From: Oikopleura dioica
Lineage: Eukaryota; Animalia; Chordata
Direction: 5' to 3'
Assembly (NCBI GenBank): GCA_907165135.1
Contig: OU015568.1
Coordinates: 16,131,208 to 16,195,207, forward strand
Length of the DNA stretch: 64,000 bases
Positions within the stretch are counted from its first letter, which is position 1; each line of letters starts with the position of its first letter. Positions 33,190 through 45,307 of the stretch are shown here, in pieces. Made by a program: the position numbers and the translations under genes. Under the pieces are notes generated by a model. It did not search any database. It was given only the letters and a program-made list of their open reading frames with translations, and was not told the DNA's origin.

Positions 33190-34058
33190 ATGGGAAGAAA
33201 AAAGGTTTGATTAGTACAAAAGCGTATGAGTCTAAAATAGTCGCAGCAAGCGCAGCAGAAACGCAGCAGCGGCTGTCGGACCGAGATCGCGCGCCAACGA
33301 ACTCCACCAAAACCATATCGTGGTCTTCCTCCAGCATCTCCTCCGCTATCACCTCGGGAGTATCTTGAGGTGCATTCGTTGGACGCATTGGACTCCTTTT
33401 TTCGAGGGAACGAGACGGTTGCTCTGGACGAAAGTGCGTTGAACGACACTATCGTCGGTGGCGAAAATCGCGTGCCGATTGAAGCTGCGCCGAAATCTCG
33501 CACTTATCGCCAGCTCTTCTTCACCGATGACGAGTCGACTGACGGAGAACTTGACCAAGCGTTCATCGAAGAGCCCGAGCATGGTCGTAGACGAGCAAAC
33601 TTTTGCTACACCTATCGGGGGCTCATAAAAAAAAAGGGCCGCAAAAATCCTGCCGAAGTCATTCGGTACGTAGATGACAAGGGCAATTCAAGCCGGTGGT
33701 TCTTTCGCCCTTTGTACGCCCGTTTCTGCAGTACCAGCCACGGCTACTTAAAATTCGACGAGTCTCGTAAGTCTTTATTTCTTTATGTTTTCAAACTTGA
33801 AATTTAGGGTATGAAGGGACTGGCGAAGATCTTGACAGAATCTTAAAGATTCTTGATAAGGTCTCCCGAAATCGAGTCTTCGAAATGGCGGAGCTGGAGA
33901 AGGAATTAGAGAATGAAGAATATGGGGTATTGGTCGAAACAAAGGATTATCTTTTGCCTCTGCGCAACATCCAGTTTGGAATTGCCAACCTCAAGAAAGA
34001 CGATCCTGACCGAGCTCCAGAGCACGATGAACCTCCAGCATACGTTTTCGAACCTTGA
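33190..34058 (+). CDS. Spliced orphan protein with C-terminal PPAY
   Basis: TATATAAA at ~33102. Exons 33190-33204, 33241-33766 and ~33809-34058, joined in frame by GT-AG introns. Ends DEPPAYVFEP*. Confidence 0.6.
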
Positions 34059-34522
34059 AGACTGCTAAAAAGCTTGTTGTCAAATAAAAAACTTGTACTC
34101 TTTTTATTGATGTCATTTTTTAGCATTTTCTAGCGTTATTTAAATATTGAAGTTTAAATAGAATTAAGTAAATGTGTTAATTTGATCAATCTAGAAATAT
34201 TAGCGCGTGAGCAGGAGCGAAGAGCGTCCAGCCGGCGAGCGGCGAAATCATTTCCAGAAGTGAGGGTTTTCATTTCGAGATTTGGAAATCAAAAAATGCG
34301 GAGGTTTTCGCTCACATGGGAAAATCTCTGCTATCAAATCACAGCGGAGAAAGAATTTCTAAATCAGAGAAGAAAATAAAATTTATCGAAAAGAGAATTT
34401 ATTTTATGACTGACCGCTATCAAAGTAAATGTTTCTCACACGCGCGTGTATAACCGATAGCCTGCCGGCTTTTATTATCAATAATTCCTCCCTTTTTTCA
34501 GAAGGTCGGCGTAAGTGAGTTT

Positions 34523-35773
34523 ATGTTTGTGTACGATGGCGCCCAACCGGGAACTCCACGCTCAGTTCACAATCATCCACCAGCGAACGCGAGTAGAACA
34601 TCGAGTCTCCGGCTTTCCCCGACTCCGAGCTCCAGGACGCTCGACGATTTCACGTTTGCGAAGCCCGCTCTTCCGTCTCGGTAAGTTTTAACAGAGAGAT
34701 ATTTAATTACAAAAAATATAGTTCGATGCAAATGGCAACGAACGATCTTCAAGGTCCAGATGAAGCTCAAACGCGGCCAGTAGCTGAGCCAGCTTTTACC
34801 GCGTACGAAACAACAAGCTTTGGTAACGCTCCTCCGAGTACCACTTTGCCAGAGCCTGTTGGAACTGGTCGGTATCAACCGATGCATGCGCCATCTTCGC
34901 CCCCACCCGCTTCACCTCGCCGATTATCCGCTGGCCCATCTCAGAAACGGGTACGATTCATGTATTTTTTTGAATTTTTATTCAAATTATTTTCAGGTCA
35001 ATAACTGCGGCGGTTCTCCGAGATTTGACCTTTACTGTCTTCTCACGGCTATGGTTGCCAGCGGACTTTGCGCAGTCGCTGTTTACGTCCTCTTCGCGTC
35101 TGCGCAGCAATGTTTGCCAACCCTCGCCATGGACTCTGGAAATGTCGCTCCTCCGCTCAACCATGCTCGCCGACGTCGATCTCTCACCAGGGATGATTGC
35201 ATTTGCTCCTGCTCGTTCGACCCCCGCGATAAGGGCTGGCTTATCTCCCTTGAAACATCAAAGCCCCTTCCTACCTGCGACGTTGAGAATTACACCATCT
35301 CCGTCAACGGGAAGAAGGTGGCAAATCCTGATCAATTGGAGTTGGAATTCGCTCGGGATTTGCTTGATCTCTTGAGCGCTGTTCTTCTGAAAGACGAAGA
35401 AAACGCTCATCACGACAACGGCAGCGCCGGTAACTCGGAACCGATGACATCCACAACTGCACTCCAGACTACTTCCCGCGCTCCAACCACCACATTCGCC
35501 CCTGCTGTCGGTGAACAGGACGAGATCGTCGTCGATGAACAGAAGGAGATCGACGATCTTTTTGTCAATCCCGGTAAATATTCGCATATTTTTCAAATTT
35601 TAATAATAAAAAAAGAAGTTGCGATTCTTGAACCGCTTGGAGAAATTGACATCGGAAGTGGCGACGATTTCTGGGGCTCCGTTCCAGCAGGTAAAAGCTC
35701 CTTTATAAAACTTTTACAAATACAAATTATAGTTGAGTACACTCTTCCCATCGACGAAAACGAAGAATTCTAA
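34523..35773 (+). CDS. Predicted type II membrane glycoprotein with furin site (5 exons)
   Basis: Pro/Ser-rich N-tail, TM segment LYCLLTAMVASGLCAVAVYVLFASA, RRRRS, CICSC...C ectodomain, NYT sequon and Thr-rich stalk. Introns at 34681-34721, 34951-34996, 35574-35618 and near 35691-35732. Confidence 0.65.
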
Positions 35774-36103
35774 GTATCCTTCTTAAAACTAACCGTTGAT
35801 GTATCTCGCTTACTGTTAACAAATTCACGCTTCATCAAATTTTTCTGCTCACATTGAAACTTTACGCATTCCCACCCTCTTAATCATTTAGACGCACCTT
35901 CTATCACTTGTTATGCTATTATGATCTATTTTAAAACTGCCCTTTTAATGCACCCTTATCGACACTTTAACAGTTTGGTAATATTTGACTGAGCTGTAGC
36001 TTTGCACTTATTCGACCGACAACCATTTTCGAACTGTTTTTGTCAATGAAGCTTTTTCTCCTTTTATTGTTTCGTTTTTTATCTAGCAAGTTTAAGCAAG
36101 GCA

Positions 36104-39100
36104 ATGGCAAAGAAAAAAGCAGTCGCGCGGCCAGGAACTCCGATTCCTTCCTGGTTAAAAAACCAGATGAAACATGTGCCAGTCCCGGATGTAGTCAAAC
36201 GAAAAGCACATCAAAGCGCGAGGTAAATTAATCGAATCGTACCAATTTAAATTTGTTTATTTAGAGCGCTTTTTGCGCAAGCAGAAAAAGCCGCTAGCGG
36301 CGCTTCTTTTTCAACACTGCCACGACCCCGCTTGCCCGTCGTTTACGAGACTCGAGGTACTTGTAGACAGAAGATTAAGTACTTATCAAATTAGCTGGTA
36401 AACGGAAGCGTATTTCCTCCCCTCGAAACTCTCCTGGCGCCGTCAGAATGTCTCCTGAAAAGAAAAAACGCAACATCATCAAGCGATGTAAGAACAAAGC
36501 GATACTTTGGGGGAAAAAAACGGCAAATACTGCAAAAGGTAATTTTTTAGTTTATTGTAGCGTTTAAGTAAACTGTTTTAGCAATTGCCAAAAATCCTCC
36601 GAAACTGACCACTTCCATCTTGATGGGAGCGTACACTGCTACCTTCGAATTGACGCCAACAAAATATCGAGCTCTTGAGCAAGAAGTTATTTCTGCGAAG
36701 ACTCCACCGCCGCCTTTCAAGATCGACTCACCAAAAACACCTGCACCGTCTCAGCGAGTGAGTGAACTCCTCGCGCAGGATAAAACCCCGATCACCTCTC
36801 GCACGCCGAGAATTATCAAGGGCCGAGGAGTATTGGTTCCTTTCGGCGGGTTCGTGTCCACTGAAGAATTCGTCAAAGATCAAGGTAGGTTTTTGTTAAT
36901 CATCGGTTTATTTCATCGTTAAATTTGATAATTCAGGAACGACCACAATTGGAGAGGCGTTGGACGCCTTTCACTACTCCCCAAAGCCGTGTGCTCGATA
37001 CGCGGCTGTTATCGACAATCTCAAGGCCAAATTCGGCGAATGCTAGATTTGAAATGAGTCTCAAAAAGTTCACCTGCTTCTTTCACCTTCGCCTGCATTT
37101 TATGTAGGCATTTATTGAAACGTTCACTGCTATTAATCAAGCCTTTTAAGGCTACACGTTACTTTTTGGCGCTTAAAAAAATTGTTATGTTTTAGACAAC
37201 TCGAAATGTTTACGCACGGCGAAGGTTGTTATCGTAAGAAGACAAAATCGTCTGCTAGCGCTAAGAATAATGGGTCTAGCAAGCTCACTCCGAGAGAATA
37301 CATCGATGGCGGGCGCGGCGCGAATGACTTTAAAACTCCGTCTCCAAAGCCCAAGGAATCTTCTCCTCCGCCGTTGTCCCCTCTTGAAGGAAGGTGCTTT
37401 TGATGATTTATGATTTTTTACTTTCAAGATCATCTAAGCATCCTATAGATCCATTCAATCCTGGTACTAGCGGTTTCATCGAGCCTCCCTTGCGGATCTC
37501 GAAAAAGAAAACGTCGACTTCTGCGCGCCGAGTGAAATTCGACAATCTTCCAATTTCGGAGCGTCAGCCGCGCCGTCAAAAGCGCGAAAAGAAGGATTGG
37601 TTTTATTTTTAATATTTTAAATAGTTAATATAATAATTAAACCAAAAACAGATTGTACCTGAAGCGATCAAAAAGCTAGCTGAAAGGAAGCCCTCACCAA
37701 CTCGACGACGCGGCGAATATCATATTGGTGTTAAAGACTGCTTCGGTCTCGGCTACGAATACCGAGATGCCCCGGATGAGCCCATCTCTTCAATTGCAGT
37801 GTTCCAAGCCAACGCCACTCACCCGTCTTTGCAGCTCAATTGGCAAGAGGAAAAGCTTGTCAATGATATGCTCAAAGGGATCGAAACGGCGCCGTATATT
37901 GCTCAAGCAGCGTCGAACCCTGATCGATCTTTCATTATCGCGAAAGAAGATGACGGCTGCGTTCGATACGTTATTCGAACTACTCACGGCGAAAACAAAT
38001 GTCGCCAAATTTCTGTCGCGCCGGCAGCTGCCCAGAAGAACGATTCCGAGACGGAGGAGATTTTTACACCAACTCCAAAACAACGACAACGGCGATATTC
38101 GGTCTCTTTTACTTCTCGCTGCGCTGCCCCTCAAAAAACATCAAATGCTTGCTTGCGAAAAGATCTCCCATTTTGCGCCGGCGAGAAGCTTCGACGAAAT
38201 GATCCACGCGCGTCTGACATCGACAGCAAGGCGGCTACAGTTCAACCCCTGTATCACGGCGTTGCTCGATTTGAGCAGAAGATCGTGAAAGACCTTGGCA
38301 GCTCGGCAGATCCTGAAGCGTCGAAAGAAGAGGCTAAGGAATTTGCTGATGAAGGAAGCTCCTGGTGCTTGAACCGCCGCGAGCTCAAAAGTATTTGTGC
38401 TACAGCGGCGGACAGCGTGCGCGGCCTTCGCCCTTCTCTAGCCCAAACTGGTTTTGGAAAGTTTCTTCAGCGAAGTTCTTTTATCGTCTCAAGCGATAGC
38501 GACGATGTGGAAAACATTCGCCAGAAGATCATTTCGTCGCAAATCGACAACATTCCAGAGGACAAGTACTGGACGGAACCTGGCAAATACGCGGGACCAA
38601 AAAAATCCTGGGAAGTCTTGGCTGGCTTCCACGCACGATTTTCTCAGGATCTATTCGACAATGTGTACATTGAAACGCTCTATGTTTGGGTAAAAATTAG
38701 TTGTTTATTTGAAAAATTAAAATTAATTATAGGTTCGCTTTGGGAAATCAACATGGAAGCTACTCGACATCAACGATCCTTTGCTTGGCCCGCAATCGAT
38801 CCTCATGACGGCTATCAATGAGTTCAAGATGAAGCCGTTCTTCCCATGGCCAACCTTTTTCAAGGATGACTTCGCCGTTGACAAGGCTCGTCTTCTCTTG
38901 GCCCTGGACTTTGTACCACTGCCTACGGAGCCTCCTGCTGAAATGGTCTGGCCAGAATACACGGTAATACTAAAAGTTTAGCATGTTTTTGATTTTTTTA
39001 TTTAGACCTCCGTTCTTCTCGACCGCGCCGACGAAATTTACCATCCGTCATCGCCGGCGCAAGTCCAAGCGTTGTCCGATGTTATCGAGATAAAACTGTT

Positions 39101-39927
39101 CCGAGGAATCCGTGCTCTCCCGGATCATGAAATGACAGCTTTTCTCGGCAGCTCGGACGACGAGGACGTGATCCTCCTCGAACGTTTCGCAATTCTACGA
39201 GACCGATTCGATCAGTACTTTGGCCGCGACCGCGTCCAATCAACTGCGGTTAGAGGATCATCTACGTTCGTCGAAGTCCTCAAAAGCCTGCGCGCCGTCC
39301 TCCCCGAAATCTTTCGGGAGAACGTCGACTACATCCCCACAAATGAGGCATTGCAAATATATCTGATCCGCGCTGCTCAAACTCCTGCCAGTGAGGATGG
39401 AGCTTTTCTCGCCTTGGTAAAATTTTCTTTTTATATTTATTTTAAAATAAATTTAGTTCGGCCTCTCCTCCCCAATTCCAGCAAAATTCTTCAAGCAGCA
39501 TTCGTTTGAGGTATTTCCACAATCTCAAAAACGCGAAACATTTTTGCCATTCGCTGTAAAATCTCGACAAGAGATTATTACAGCCTTCAAGGCAAAATCA
39601 CCAGAACTTCTCAAGGTCTTGGGCGAGGATGCTGAGCCGTTCCTCGAATCAAAATTCAAGTACGACCCCGTTCGCCGCTTGCCCGAGCACAAGCCAGCCG
39701 ACGATAAAAAAGAAGCTTCGGACGTAAAAGACGACAGCAACAATAACAATGGCGACATTGTGTACATCAGTAGCGATGATGCTCCCGCGAAGCATCTCAG
39801 CGATGACGATGACCGCTCCGACAGCGCTTTCTTCCTTGATTGTCCGTCAACAAGCAGCGAAGATGAAATCGTGGCTCCGAAAATCGGCGGGCGCTTTGCT
39901 CTTCTTTCCTCTGAAGAGGAGCTCTGA
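36104..39927 (+). CDS. Large multi-exon orphan gene (possibly more than one gene), basic/Pro-rich N-part and acidic tail
   Basis: Chain of ORFs separated by ~40-60-nt AT-rich GT-AG introns. Contains RRVKF and DIVYISSDD motifs. Exon structure only partly resolved. Confidence 0.5.
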
Positions 39928-40020
39928 AAATTTTTTTCGATGTAGACAGTCTGTTTTTCCAGTATTAACTGATGTAATAGCTGTTTTTTCCGACTTATTG
40001 TTTTCAATCCCTTGTTTCAG

Positions 40021-41302
40021 ATAATTGAAAAGGGATGCGGGCGATCGTTTTTGACAGGGTTTCTTGGTGCTTACGATGAATGGGATTGTGAAATCATTCA
40101 CCCCTTTTATCAGCACGACGATTGGTGCTCACGAGGTCATTTCTATAACATTCACTGCCTGGACGAGCCATTATCTACAAGTACCGACACGCCGATCGTA
40201 AAATCTACTCAATCTGTCTCTTCTTTGCCCACAAAAAGAATACGATTGAGCCTCTGGCAACAAGTGAGTCAACGGAATCAACGACGGCTACTACGGCTGA
40301 AACGTCGACATCCATCGCTTCTACAGATGCACAGACGACAAACAGCGTCAGTACCGAACAGTTGGTTACTCTGCCAAATTCAACCGCGCCGTCAAATATT
40401 ACGCAGTTGGCAAGCACAGTCGAAGAAAAAAATCGACTCAAGGTAGGGTAAACTTGCAGGGTATCCTTTTGTTTGTGGTAGCAACTAATTTCTAGGTATG
40501 GTTAAAATTTGGTCAGATCTAAATTGTGCTACTTAATTTTTGTATTTTACAGTTGCTACCATAAAAATTTTGGTACCATGCGATTTTTTGCCACCATGAA
40601 AATTTTGCTACCCTGCAACTTTAAAATTTAATTTTTCTACTTTTAAATCCTAGCTAAAACTCAAATGAGGTGAATTCTCTGGGCGTTTCCTTTTATGCAA
40701 ATTACCAGCGCATTCTTTTGTGTAAATGTTAATCCGCGCGCGTCGACCGTGTCTTCTAGTGTTCGCGCGACCGGAAGGTCATTAAATGTCAACCCGATTT
40801 TCGCGGAAAACCAGTGCATCTTTTTTCGAAAACCGGAAGTTTTGAACTTTTAATCCGATTTTCATGGAAAACTAGTGATATGTTTTCTAAGAACCGGAAA
40901 TAAACGACTAATTTCTCAGAAATTTATTTCAGGGTGCCAACATGGAAGATTTTACTGCTTTTCGTCGCGGCTTTGCTCAGTCTCTACTTGATTGCCTCCT
41001 GTGTCATCAAATACCGGAACCAAAATGAAAATTGTGGCTTAATTCGAGTCATTATTTTCAAACACGTCCGCGACTTCATCTTTGATTTACTATTCTTTTT
41101 GGTGGATCTTATTCGATACTGTTGCGGTTGCATGCGAGAACATCAACGCCCGCGCTGGGGAATGCTTCACGATCAACGGGTCCAGCGTTGGTGCCCGTCA
41201 TATTGCAGAGGTAAGTTTCGGAGTTAATTATCCGAATTATGATTATACGGCTCCTAATTGAGCTGTTAGATATTCGTGATTGAAAACCCAACAGGTTTGT
41301 AA
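40021..41302 (+). CDS. Predicted type I membrane glycoprotein (Cys domain, mucin-like stalk, TM, Cys-rich tail); 5' end unresolved
   Basis: Cys-containing exon from 40021. Thr/Ser-rich stalk with NST/NIT in the -1 frame between two A-runs. Intron 40443-40932, TM KILLLFVAALLSLYLIASCVI and a YCCGC tail. Confidence 0.5.
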
Positions 41303-41308
41303 GAGCGA

Positions 41309-43982
41309 ATGACGGCCAGGGAACTTCTTTTGGACAGGGATAATGTTGTAAACTTTTCTCGAAACAGCTCTCAATATGGAAGCGGCTCGCGAATTTATAA
41401 TGGAACTTTTGGCGCTAGCTCGTACTCATGTTAGTTACTTAATTTTATTAAGTTAATAAGTAAACAATAAGCTATTTCAAAAGTTGTACGTTTTTTAGCC
41501 AGCCGAAACGATCACGACGCTGCGAAGAACACTCAGTATTTTCAAGAGCAGCAACGGAAAAACAAGCGACGAACGGAGCAGTGGCACCGTGCGAATGCGC
41601 AGGCTGAAAGACTTGCAATGCAGGAACGAGAGCAACGTCGGGAATGGCATTTATTTGATCAACAACGTCGACGGCAGCACTCACAACAACCAGAACCACA
41701 CTTTCATCCAACTCGCCCTGTTCAAACTCAGCCGACGTCGCGGCAGCAGCAACAGCAGCAACGATCGCGAGAACAATGCGCGCCTCCACCAAGCTACGCT
41801 CAAGTGTCGCGCGATCCGGACGATGATGAAAATCAGGGTCGTAGAGAGCCTTTGCGACGCAAACGATCTTTGCGAGAATTGGTTTTTGGGAAATCTCCAA
41901 AGAAGAAAAGCCCTTCAAGCGGCGCAAATGTTCAAACAACTCAACTGCCCATGGGAGATATCGTAATCGATTCTGGCGATGCCAATAATAACGAACCTTC
42001 ACCGCCCAATTACGATTTTACTGAGAAAGGAAGCCTTACTTCCATTGCAGAAGAAGAGGAGCCCTTGACAGAGGAAGAACAAGCAGCGAAATGGTTAGAC
42101 ACCAACTATTCTGCTTTGCCTGCTACGTCTGGCTCTTCTTCTTCGTCTGATAGCGATGATGAAATTGATCCTTCGACGCTGATTGAGCTCAAAAAGCTTA
42201 ATCCCAAGGTTGAAGTTTCTTCAATCAGTGAAAAACCCGTGGCGCCCGCATCTGTGGTACAGACGAATCCTCAGTTAAGTCATCTCGTGCGCAAAGGTTC
42301 GATTCGACGTAAACAACCCTGCCCTGCTCATCCTCTGGCTACTCACAGCGTCGATAGCTCGTCCTTTCAATCGAAGGCGGTCAAAGAAGAGCCTTCCGTT
42401 GCAGATGAGGTAAAAAGAGCGTAGAACCCCTGACCGCGCGGAAGCGTGACGGATATTCGACCGGACGAGCGCACGGATGTTTTCCGCAGTCACGATCCTA
42501 GAATTCCAGTCGTCTGGCAGCTGCACAGATGTCATTTTTATTTCCTGAGTTCATGCGTTCGAGGGACCGTTTGGGTCAAATTTTTGTCGGTCTAGCAAGT
42601 GGCGATCACTTCCTTTTTGACGCGTTGACCGTTCCGGAGACGATATCCGGCGGGTTCCGGCTTAACTTCATTCGCGTCGTAATTTTTCCAGTTGAATTGA
42701 CGATGACGACGCTCGTTTTTGCTTCCGGTCGATATCTGTGCACGCTCCAGTTTTTAGCCCCGATTTTCCGCTTCAATTTTTGTGTTTATATCCGTAAAAA
42801 TGAAAATTTAGGAAATCGATCCGGCTGTCGGCCCGACGAAAAAACCGCCAAAATCTACGGTGTATGCGGAAGAAGACGGTGACTCGCCAACCTTTGTTCA
42901 GGCTGTCGGCAGCCTTCGCAAAAAATACGAACTCATGAAGCTAGTTAATAAAGATCTTAAAATCCAGGACGTTAATTTTCAATATGAGCCTGGTCCAATG
43001 AGTCCGATGTCCAAGATATTTCAAGAACGACCTGTTCAAGAAACACGAATTTGGGGTCCGCCGGGCCGCAACGCCGCTTCAGCCCCAAGAAAAGATCAAC
43101 CGGAAAAAAAGGGCGCCCTGGACACTACCGGCAAACATGATTGCCCTTCCTCTGCTAAAGAGACTTCATTTATTCCCGTATCGCTCACGAAAGAAGAAGG
43201 GAACGAATCGATGTCTTTGGCAGAGCAAAAAATTGACCTTGATGAAAGCGCTGCCTCTTTTCATAGCGCAATTTCAATGCCGTACGACTCCCCGGTTGAA
43301 ATTATGAAGAGGTTTTTTAAAATAAATTTTCATATTTAAAACGTTTTTAGCTTCAAGTCATACGATCGATTTGGCAAAAGTTCTGACAACTCCAACCACT
43401 CCGACGATATCAAAATCGTCGACGAAGTCGAAATCAAAGTGGAAGTTCCAAAAGAGCATCCAAAAATCGAAAACGACGAAGATCTTCCCCGAGCTCCTGC
43501 GTCGGAGCCTGCTTCAGTTGACGACGATGTTGACAGTGAGGAATACAGCGACGACGATGTTTTCGAAAGCATTCCCCAAGATCGGCACGTAGTTGTGACT
43601 ACTACAACATCCTCCGTGTCATCGTACGCGTCATCCCTTCTCTCCCAAAGCACGGTTACAACGACAACGTCCGGCTCCTCAGTCTCAAGCGGACAGTCGG
43701 GGTCGACTTCATCCAGTGGCTACCAATCGTCCGACCCTGCCCCAAAAGGAGACACTGTTGACGTTGAAAATGAGCTGATCGATGGCAAAAAGTAATAATC
43801 AATTAGTTTTCGCATTAATAATTGTTTATAGGAGCAAGAGAGTCAATAAGTCTGCGCCAACGTCAAAGACGACAAAAAAGAAAAACACAGCGGAAGCCGA
43901 AGAGGAACGCCCACGACGTTATCCAAAGCGCAGCTGCCGAAAAACTGATCGATTTAGCTACAACCATGGCGATCTTTTTTAA
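41309..43982 (+). CDS. Multi-exon disordered protein with PPSY and PPNY motifs
   Basis: ATG at 41309, spliced into the 41618 frame. Probable further exons at ~42812-43310, ~43351-43791 and ~43831-43982, ending RPRRYPKRSCRKTDRF... Confidence 0.5.
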
Positions 43983-44236
43983 ATCTGTCTTTCAAATTCT
44001 TAGGATCTCACTTAAGTTCTAAATTTTAGCGCTCCGATAGTTTGTTATCAACTTTTGTTTTCAAAAGCCTTGCTCCATCTATCTCAGTGTCGCTCTCACA
44101 CTCCTTTATTTAAATTTGCGCTGTCTTAGTTAGTTCACTTAGAAAAATTGGAAAAATAAAATTTCTTTTTTGCTTAAAATGTCTCTTATTTGAATGACTA
44201 AAAACAGCAACAGCGGCCGTTTAGTTAGAAATAAAG

Positions 44237-45215
44237 ATGACGAAAGTGACGAGGAGTTCGTCGTTGTCGCCGCAGACTCTTTTAATTCCCAGTACAAATC
44301 GCCAAAAAGAGCAAAAGTTGATAACGCAGTCAAAGCAACGACGAAAGTCATTGCTAGGGAAATTGATGGCGGAAATGCCGCCGTTGCCCGAAGCTCCGTC
44401 GACTCTCAGCAGCGGACTAACACCGAAGCTTATCCCCGAACTCATCAATATGAAAAACGAAAAGTCGAAACCTTATCTCATCCCTCAACTTCGGCCCAAG
44501 TGTCAACAAATGACAAAGCCGTTTGTTCACAGCTCCGTAAAGAAATCAATGCAGAATCAGACTCTCATACAGCTTCCTTCGACTCCTCCACTTCATCCAG
44601 TGATTCACCGAATGCCCGCTCCACCAGCTTATCAGGTTTAAATCTAGTGTATTTTTGGGCCAGGCGTAAAAATCTTTTAGCAAGCACCGCAACAGAGAGC
44701 TTTGACGCAGGACCCGATTCAACTGACCATTTTCGGGCGTTTACCTCAAGACGAAACCCTGCAGTCATCGGAAGCGGAAACAACAGAGCAAACGTCGACG
44801 GACAGCGCCAGTGTAACTACAACTACGAATACGAGTACGAGACGGCAGCCATCTTTTCTTCAGAATCTTCTATGTCCTCTCAGAATTCCGATTCATCAGA
44901 TGTTTCTTATTATCCTGGGAATAACTATTCTACTAACGCTTTTACTGATTCTTCTCGGTTTACTTTTTGCGAAAAGCTTCAGCGAGAGCTCCTTGTCACC
45001 GAAAATAGTACTGCCTCCGACCGATCCAGAAGAAATTCGTCCGATGAAGCAAGAAGCAATTCTCATTCACAGAGCGCCAGACGGGGCAATTCTGATTCCT
45101 CAAGAATTCACGGAAGTACTGATCAATTTTCTCAACAGCCTTCAAGACGGTAATTTTGGCTTCTTTTTAAAAATTTATGGATTTTTTAGAGTACGAGTGG
45201 GCGAATCCGCGTTAA
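44237..45215 (+). CDS. Single-pass membrane protein with PPAY in the N-terminal tail
   Basis: Exon 44237-44635 ends PAPPAYQ. A 45-nt intron (44636-44680) removes a stop. TM MFLIILGITILLTLLLILLGLLFA. Intron 45150-45189 gives the end YEWANPR*; the alternative acceptor at 45191 would fuse it to the next ORF. Confidence 0.6.
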
Positions 45216-45307
45216 CCTCCAAATTCGAGCGATCTAGTAATTCCGAACAAGCAGTAGAATTTGCAGTGTACGAAGAATGTTTTCAACGTCGTGGTATTTT
45301 TGGAGAT

